Of a DNA stretch of 63,728 nucleotides, positions 57,570 through 63,728 are shown in pieces (within the stretch, counting starts at the first letter, position 1; every line of letters starts with the position of its first letter). The notes beneath the pieces are model-generated. The model was given only the letters and a program-made list of their open reading frames with translations, had not been told where the DNA came from and did not search any database. The translations under genes and the position numbers were made by a program. The DNA is from a virus (Duplodnaviria > Caudoviricetes), in IMG/VR virus record IMGVR_UViG_3300037294_000424, positions 1 through 63,728 of that record, one strand, 5' to 3'.

Positions 57570-57572
57570 TCG

Positions 57573-58628
57573 TTAAGCCTCTTGGTTTTGCAGTAATAAC
57601 CTAACACCTCTGACGATTGCCATTTCTGGCTGTTCAGGAATGTCTACAGTATGGAACCAAGCTTGCGCTTGTTCTTTGAGCCAGTTAGCGCCGCCACCGA
57701 CAAAGACTATTCTAGTCAGCGTGTTTAGGTTTGAGTCGAGCAGCTTCATTATATCTTTGAGCACAAGATCGGATAGGTGCTGAGCAGCCTCAGTGACCAA
57801 GTGAGAAACGTCTATGCGGGCTTTCACGGCATTTTCTTGGGTGCTTGTTGAGCCAACGTAGCCTAGATCAATGATTATCCTTAAATCGGATGCTGAGAGC
57901 GCCTTGACTGCATGTAACCCTAGCGCTTCTGTGTTGCGGTGTAAAAGGGTTTGAAAGTGGTCGATCATGTTGTGGACGCCGTTCTCACTTGTCGCGTAGT
58001 CGATAACCTCAAAGTTGCGGCCCATTAGCGCTAAGTCATTAGAGAACTGGCCCAAGTCTACAATCAGCGTTTTGATATCGTTGGCGTATTCTTCTTTAAT
58101 AGAGCCGTCGCTATTGAGTGCCACGTAAACGTAAGCGGGGATAGCTTCAGGGAAAACAAGAATATTCTTTATCTTAGCTGCGGTCTTTGCTCCGTTGATG
58201 TTAGTCACGGGTGAAAGTATGGACGCCTTTTTCTTGTTAACGAGATCTGTATTGATGGGGGCCACAGCGTCGCCCTTGTTGTAATACTGGGTAGTTGGGA
58301 TTGTGCAGCCTATGATGCACTCTACGCCCCCAAGGCCTGCGGTGGATAGTGTGTCATGGACTAATACCCTGTTAGCTTCTGATATCTGGTATTCACGGTA
58401 GCATGTGGCTTCTGGGTCGCTTGACGCATTACGAACCGTATAACGCTCACCACTTTCACACGCCCATGCTGAGTCGCTTATTCCCGCGACGCCCATTTTT
58501 ACGCCTTTCTCAATTATGGACGGTTGATGGCCTTCAATAAGCGCCCCGTCTTTGTCGGTAAAAGAGTAGGCGATATTGCCCGAGCCGTCGTCTATAGCCA
58601 CTAAAGGTATAAATATTGTGTTTGTCAT
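57573..58628 (-). CDS. parM: ParM/StbA actin-like partition ATPase
   Basis: AIDDGSGN, FPEAIPA, IVDLG and VGGGA actin-fold motifs. Confidence 0.9.
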   Translation of the reverse strand: MTNTIFIPLVAIDDGSGNIAYSFTDKDGALIEGHQPSIIEKGVKMGVAGISDSAWACESGERYTVRNASSDPEATCYREYQISEANRVLVHDTLSTAGLGGVECIIGCTIPTTQYYNKGDAVAPINTDLVNKKKASILSPVTNINGAKTAAKIKNILVFPEAIPAYVYVALNSDGSIKEEYANDIKTLIVDLGQFSNDLALMGRNFEVIDYATSENGVHNMIDHFQTLLHRNTEALGLHAVKALSASDLRIIIDLGYVGSTSTQENAVKARIDVSHLVTEAAQHLSDLVLKDIMKLLDSNLNTLTRIVFVGGGANWLKEQAQAWFHTVDIPEQPEMAIVRGVRLLLQNQEA

Positions 58629-58930
58629 AAGTAAATCCCCGATTAATTGATTGCCAAAAAGCAGCGACAATATAGCAGAAAACACCCTAACAAAAATACA
58701 TATATACGCGAGTTAGTGGCGGGTTTGTTCCACTGTGCCGTGTGGACTATCCAAAATAAGGTTATAAGTGCGCGTGAATACGGAAGAGTACCGCATGTTT
58801 TATGCGGCTTATTGCCGTGTTTTGCCGTCCAAGCTTTGACGCTCTAAGTCGCCACTTGGCCGCTTGGAGTGGATCACGAGCACAAGTCACTGATGGCAGT
58901 AAGCTTGCAATCATGTAGGATATAAGCAAC

Positions 58931-58940
58931 TTGTTAGGAT
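58931..58940 (-). promoter_or_regulatory. Putative C1 operator upstream of pacA
   Basis: ACTTGTTAGGATAT. Confidence 0.65.
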
Positions 58941-58966
58941 ATGCGTACAAAGGCGAAGCGTAAAGA

Positions 58967-60292
58967 ATGTCTAGCAGTCCCAAAAATACGGCTTCTGTCG
59001 ATTGGTGCGCTCATCGAATTGACTACATGGAGAATCACGCTCCAAGTGGTATAAGCGCTAGAAAATACCTAGATAATCAAGACCTTAATGTTAACTCAGG
59101 ACGGCGGCATTTTGCCGCCATGGCAAAGCTTGAGCAAGAGGGGCTTAGCTATGAAGAGATAAGTAAACAGCTCTTCAGCAAGGCCTCAGGGGCGTCTGAG
59201 AGTGGATCAAAAACAAAGGTTAAAAGTGGATCAAAAAGTGGATCACAAAAGAAAGCTGATCCACTTCCTAATAAAGTACGATCCACTTCCAATCCAGCAA
59301 AAGCCTTAAAAAACAAGGACTCTACAGGGGGGGAAGCAGAGAAGGCTTCGCCCCCCGAGAATAAACGATCCAAAACAAGGACACGGTTAACAACTCCGTT
59401 ACAACTGGAATTTATAGACCGTTCCAGTGATTCGCAGATAGGCAACGGCGGGCGGTTTGACTCGGGTAATACGGCAGGCGTTAGAACAGCCGCTTACTTG
59501 AATTTGGTACACGCTCAATCTGACATTGTTGAAACCGTCCTTAGGGCCCGTCTCGGTGATGTGTCGGGTTTAGTGAAGCTAGCAGAAATTAGGTATATCC
59601 AAATGGAGCGCCTGCTAGTTGATCGGCTTGTTGATATCAAGGTGCAGGCTAAAAAGGGTCTGCTTCCCAAAGACCATGAAGGCAATGAGAGAAGTGAAGC
59701 CGACTTAACGCGAGAAGCTATCTGGGGTTCCTCTGGTGTGATGACGGGCTTACTTGGCACATTGACCATGGCACACACTCAGGCCAGCAAAGCGCTTGTT
59801 GATAATGAAATCAAGACGTATCGCTTTGATAGAGATAACTCAGATAGAGCGTTCATGATTGAAATTGCCGAGCGCCGCGCAAATGAAGAGATCACAGCCC
59901 TTACCGCCGCTACCTTGATTGAGGCCAGAGGCTTATCACCTTCCCCAATCATTACTGCTGAAGCACTGAAAGAAATCGAATTGATGAAGCCTAAGGTCGA
60001 TACGTCGGGCATTAGTGATGCCGAGCTTGACGCCTTGGTCGAAGGGTTCATGCAAGAAAAGACTGAAGAAGTCCAAAGCATGGCCGCACGTTCCGCAATT
60101 CTTGAAAGGCTCATATTACAAAGCAATGCTGAGTTAGAAAGCGACGGCTTAGAGGAAAACGAGTTCGCGGAATCAGCTTACACGGGCCTAGAAGACGATG
60201 ATGTGAGTTTTGAGGGCATAGAGGGTGAGCTGCTTGATGATGACGACGAGGATTTTGAATGGGCTGATGATCCCCATAAAGGTAGTGCTTAG
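58967..60292 (+). CDS. pacA: Terminase small subunit (PacA-like)
   Basis: Precedes the large terminase; F..GN motif, acidic tail, internal GATC repeats as in P1 pacA. Confidence 0.8.
   Translation: MSSSPKNTASVDWCAHRIDYMENHAPSGISARKYLDNQDLNVNSGRRHFAAMAKLEQEGLSYEEISKQLFSKASGASESGSKTKVKSGSKSGSQKKADPLPNKVRSTSNPAKALKNKDSTGGEAEKASPPENKRSKTRTRLTTPLQLEFIDRSSDSQIGNGGRFDSGNTAGVRTAAYLNLVHAQSDIVETVLRARLGDVSGLVKLAEIRYIQMERLLVDRLVDIKVQAKKGLLPKDHEGNERSEADLTREAIWGSSGVMTGLLGTLTMAHTQASKALVDNEIKTYRFDRDNSDRAFMIEIAERRANEEITALTAATLIEARGLSPSPIITAEALKEIELMKPKVDTSGISDAELDALVEGFMQEKTEEVQSMAARSAILERLILQSNAELESDGLEENEFAESAYTGLEDDDVSFEGIEGELLDDDDEDFEWADDPHKGSA
59201..59288. other. Putative pac site
   Basis: AGTGGATCA at 59201, 59225 and 59237; inverted GATCCACTT at 59258 and 59280. 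Confidence 0.7.
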
Positions 60293-60294
60293 CT

Positions 60295-61782
60295 GTGGCG
60301 GTAATTAAATCAATAAGAACAGATCCGCGCTGGGTGGAGCTGGTTAAGCGGTATCGCCATAACTGGACGTTGGCCCCTGTTGAGCTTTTTGGCTTTAAGC
60401 CGAAGGTGCAACAGCTAGAGCTTTTAAGTGCAACTCAAAAAGTAGGGTGCCGTGTAAGCGTGTCGTCGGGCCACGGTACGGGTAAATCTTCTCAGATCGC
60501 GATTGTCGTTATCATCTACATGCTAGTTTACCCTGAGGCCCGTGTGATTCTGGTAGCTAACAAGCTAGATCAGGTCAAAATTGCGGTAATGAAAAACATC
60601 AAGATTTACTGGCTTGAGCTAATAAAGTTTCACCCGTGGATAGAGGGCTATTTTGTCTTAACTGGGCAGACTTTTTATGAGCGGGCCAGTAAGGGTATAT
60701 GGGAGCTTTCCCCTAAAGCGTGTAAAGTTGGCAACGAAGAGGCATTAGCGGGTGAACATGCTAAACACATGCTATGGATTGTTGATGAGGCCTCAGGTCT
60801 CAGCGATAAGGCCTTTGGTGTTATCACTGGCTCATTAACAGAAGATGACAATAGGTTGGTGTTGCTGTCACAGCCAACACGCGATAGCGGCTTCTTTTGG
60901 CAGACTCACAACGATCCGTCAATCATGAAAGACTGGGTTAGCCTTGTATTTAACGCTGAAGATTCCCCGCTCGTTACCATGAAGTTTCTCATGGAGAAAT
61001 TCAGGCAGTACGGTAATGATAGGGACTCGCCCGAGTACATGATAAAAGTGCGTGGCCTGTTCCCCAAAGATTATAAAGGCTACTTGCTTACTGCTGAAGA
61101 TATGCTTAAGGCCACTAGGGCTAGACCTAAGCTGTTGAAATCGTCTTGTGGCTGGGTTATTACCTGTGACGTTGGTAACGGTCGTGATAGCTCTGTGGTT
61201 AACATTAACCGTGTCTCAGGCGATGGTGACGAGCGACGTTCTATAAACCATGAAGTGATAGAGTTTACGGGTAGCATGGATCCTGTTGATTTTGGTCGTG
61301 AGATTATCAGTATCGTTCGCTCGGGGCTTTACCCTAATGTGTCCATTGGTATTGATGCTGACGGCGCGGGAGGCTCAACGTGTAAGATTGTCGAAGAGGC
61401 GGGGATTGCCGTTACTCGTATTCACTGGGGCGATCCTTGTTTCTCTAAAGAAGAAAAACGACGGTTTTATAATAAGCGAGCGATGGCGACCGTTTACGCT
61501 AAGGACGCGATACGATCAGGCCGTATGCGTATCGACAAACACATTAAAACACGCCTGCAAGGGTCTAGGATCCCGTATAAAATTGATGATATGGGCCGTT
61601 ATCTTATTGAGCAAAAGAAAGTCATGCGCGAGAAGATGAACTTGCCATCGCCAGATAGGTTCGATACCTATTGTTTTGTGTTCTTGATGGATGTGACGCC
61701 AGCAAACGCAGAAGTTGAAGAATACACGATGGAAGATAGAGAGGCTGCTGGTGGGTGGACTAAAGAAGTTACCCGCGCCTAG
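60295..61782 (+). CDS. pacB: Terminase large subunit (PacB)
   Basis: SGHGTGKS Walker A, WIVDEASG Walker B, nuclease DVG/IDADG/SPDRFD. Confidence 0.93.
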   Translation: MAVIKSIRTDPRWVELVKRYRHNWTLAPVELFGFKPKVQQLELLSATQKVGCRVSVSSGHGTGKSSQIAIVVIIYMLVYPEARVILVANKLDQVKIAVMKNIKIYWLELIKFHPWIEGYFVLTGQTFYERASKGIWELSPKACKVGNEEALAGEHAKHMLWIVDEASGLSDKAFGVITGSLTEDDNRLVLLSQPTRDSGFFWQTHNDPSIMKDWVSLVFNAEDSPLVTMKFLMEKFRQYGNDRDSPEYMIKVRGLFPKDYKGYLLTAEDMLKATRARPKLLKSSCGWVITCDVGNGRDSSVVNINRVSGDGDERRSINHEVIEFTGSMDPVDFGREIISIVRSGLYPNVSIGIDADGAGGSTCKIVEEAGIAVTRIHWGDPCFSKEEKRRFYNKRAMATVYAKDAIRSGRMRIDKHIKTRLQGSRIPYKIDDMGRYLIEQKKVMREKMNLPSPDRFDTYCFVFLMDVTPANAEVEEYTMEDREAAGGWTKEVTRA

Positions 61783-61804
61783 AGCCTCTGGCGTCCTTTC
61801 CGCC

Positions 61805-62590
61805 CTATTTTTTTGCAGTGGTGAGGTCGTCGGCTTCCTTTGCCGCCTGATTGCGCTCTGCCACGGCTGATAGTTTGGCGTTTTCTAAGTCTGATATTCT
61901 AAATAGGCGGCACCTTCTAACAAGTGAGTACCTTACCGCCTTCACTCCGAGGTTTTTAACCTTGTCGCCACGGTTGCGGCCCTTGGTGGATTGAGGCTGA
62001 TTAATCTTACATGAGTTATTAGGGTCAAAGATAAAGATACCAGCGAATGGGACTCTTATCTTTTCAAACTCTACGTCTTTATCTGAACGAATGAGCAACA
62101 AGATCTCAGTGTAGCCCTCAGAGCGTAAGCGATAAGTCTCTTCTGTTTCAGCCTTAAAGAAGGATATTTCCCTGTCTAACCTAGCTATTGCTGTGCTTGT
62201 CTCTTTACCGCTACTAATTTTTTCAGCCGTCCGTGCCTTCCTCAGTCGCCTGAGAATGTCGTCCCTATTTATTTTACGGGTGCTGGTGGCCTCATTAACG
62301 ATAATGTTAGCTTCACTGAGTCCGTAGAGCACTTTAGGCTCAGGCGAGAAGATGACAGATGAGCGGTTAAATCGGTGTGGCGATTCATCGCATAGCTGGT
62401 CAGCTAAGACTTGCCACTTTGCGATAAGCTTGTTTATTTCTGTTAACTCTTTTGCTGCTGTTATTCTAACCACTGGGCGCACACGTTCCCCGTCTCGCTT
62501 TTCGCTAAATACGGCGTTAGATAAGGCGTTATCAATGAGTTGCTTCCGCAGTTCCAAGAACTTTGAGTATGCTGTGAATTGTTCCATCAA
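61805..62590 (-). CDS. c1: C1 primary repressor homologue
   Basis: DGERVRPVV, KW, YRLRSEGYTE, GIFIFD and LFRISDLEN align with recalled P1 C1 segments (DGRPVRPVV, FRMRVHGFSE, GVFICD, IYRLADIEN); convergent with pacB as in P1. Confidence 0.85.
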   Translation of the reverse strand: MMEQFTAYSKFLELRKQLIDNALSNAVFSEKRDGERVRPVVRITAAKELTEINKLIAKWQVLADQLCDESPHRFNRSSVIFSPEPKVLYGLSEANIIVNEATSTRKINRDDILRRLRKARTAEKISSGKETSTAIARLDREISFFKAETEETYRLRSEGYTEILLLIRSDKDVEFEKIRVPFAGIFIFDPNNSCKINQPQSTKGRNRGDKVKNLGVKAVRYSLVRRCRLFRISDLENAKLSAVAERNQAAKEADDLTTAKK

Positions 62591-62621
62591 GCCCCCTGTT
62601 TGCCACTGTCGTTTATGTTAC

Positions 62622-62631
62622 ATCCTAACGA
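62622..62631 (+). promoter_or_regulatory. Putative autoregulatory C1 operator
   Basis: TTACATCCTAACGAAA about 35 bp upstream of c1. Confidence 0.65.
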
Positions 62632-62715
62632 AATGTTGCAACTGTAACAAGGGGTGATGGTTGCGCTAGGCGTGAGCGCTCACGAAAAAAAACATGGGCG
62701 TCGTTAACTCGTTGT

Positions 62716-63051
62716 TTAAGTGAGCTTTTTCATTATTACGTCACAGATAATGAACGCAATAAAAAAAGAAGTCAGTCCTATGGTGAAATGCAACCCGCTC
62801 GCAGTCTGCGCTATAACCTCACTCGCTATCGCGGTGATAAAAAAACAGGCTGAGAACAAGGCTAGTTCGATTAATCGTATGTTTAGCACGGCTATTATAA
62901 ATAGCAATAATCCCACAATGATCATGGCGAATGTTTCACGCACTATAGGGGGCATTGCCACAGCTATAATATTTGAGGTTGCCAGTCCAATGAGGGAGCC
63001 TGCAATCATAGAACAAATAACATTGATTGCTGTAGGCTTGGCTTTAATCAT
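62716..63051 (-). CDS. Four-TM membrane protein (possible superinfection exclusion)
   Basis: ATG at 63051 overlaps the upstream TGA; almost wholly hydrophobic 111 aa. Confidence 0.55.
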   Translation of the reverse strand: MIKAKPTAINVICSMIAGSLIGLATSNIIAVAMPPIVRETFAMIIVGLLLFIIAVLNIRLIELALFSACFFITAIASEVIAQTASGLHFTIGLTSFFIAFIICDVIMKKLT

Positions 63052-63290
63052 AGATAGGTTATCTCGTACTCTATTGCTGTTAGATAATCCGTCAAATGTC
63101 GTGAGAACTGCTGTATCTGACAAATAGCTTCTTTTGTGGTCAGGTGCTCTGCTAGCCCCTGTGTAAAGCACTGTAATATTAAATTAAATGTATTAGACGG
63201 AGGTTCGTTCATATCCATAGCATTTTTAAACAATGTATCAATGTCGCAATCCGACGCCTGAGCGTAGCTAGTTGTGTTCGGGTCGTGCAT
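63048..63290 (-). CDS. Small acidic protein in the position of P1 coi
   Basis: AGGGA RBS; upstream of c1, below an operator at 63504. Confidence 0.5.
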   Translation of the reverse strand: MHDPNTTSYAQASDCDIDTLFKNAMDMNEPPSNTFNLILQCFTQGLAEHLTTKEAICQIQQFSRHLTDYLTAIEYEITYL

Positions 63291-63503
63291 CGTAATAGTC
63301 CCTATTCCCTGATTTAGTTAAGTATTTTCGCGCACTATGCGCCCTCTAACATTCTCGGCCCCGCTGTAATTATTTTGACTGATGACACATGCTAACACCA
63401 TAAATTAGAAATAGAAGGGGTGGGTAGCCAGAATTTTACCCGCTGACACTGGCCGTTTATGTCGATGTAACAAAAGTTTCATTATATTTCTTATATATAG
63501 AAT

Positions 63504-63513
63504 TTGTTAGGAT
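63504..63513 (-). promoter_or_regulatory. Putative C1 operator
   Basis: TTTGTTAGGATAAA in AT-rich promoter region. Confidence 0.6.
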
Positions 63514-63612
63514 AAATATTTATTGCCCACTTTACATATCGGGGTTAACTTAGTCGTCAACGCAGGTTCGCGTTTGGCAGATGTGAGGTTTCTCGGGTGA
63601 AATCATTAGACG

Positions 63613-63728
63613 ATTTAACGGAATTAGCGAAATTCTCCGACCATAACTAAGGAGCCTAAGCGAGTTAGTTTGGTGGGAGATGGATAGCGTACATAGCGAA
63701 GCTATGTTGGCTTGTCTTGATTCTGTAT
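63613..63728 (-). repeat. Right copy of 116-bp terminal inverted repeat
   Basis: Exact reverse complement of 13..128. Confidence 0.97.

Larger units (their letters stand above)
1..63728. mobile_element. P1-like temperate phage-plasmid (myovirus), near-complete genome
   Basis: Capsid, portal, protease, PacAB terminase, sheath, baseplate, Dar operon and C1 repressor in P1-like gene blocks, together with an iteron replicon, ParMR and a TA module. Confidence 0.93.

Noticed and set aside
58629-58685. Extended ParM N-terminus
   Set aside because: ATG 58628 has a GGGGA RBS and puts the phosphate-1 motif near the start, as in ParM

Overview
The window is an apparently near-complete (~63.7 kb) P1-like temperate myovirus phage-plasmid, probably from a gammaproteobacterium. 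It has P1-type head genes (major capsid, portal, prohead protease, PacA/PacB terminase with a GATC-rich pac-like site inside pacA) and contractile tail and baseplate genes. It also has the full P1 virion antirestriction set (hdf-darA-ddrA-ddrB-hxr, ulx-darB), lysis genes, an iteron Rep_3 plasmid replicon, a second HTH (RepL-like) initiator, ParM/ParR partitioning, VapBC, and a clear C1 repressor homologue with about 12 copies of a readable operator (ATCCTAACAA). The most unusual feature is at the ends. Where P1 has loxP/cre, this sequence ends in a perfect 116-bp inverted repeat rich in small DNA hairpins. The left copy abuts a 205-aa catalytic-domain-only tyrosine recombinase, followed by an operator-controlled cluster encoding an ART-like protein, a stand-alone FtsK-gamma domain and a peptide copying the EF-Tu P-loop. 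A transposase-less Tn3-type IR cassette and a duplicated structured promoter/leader in front of small orphan genes look like an anti-defence accessory module. All assignments come from motif recognition and recalled P1 synteny; no database search was run.
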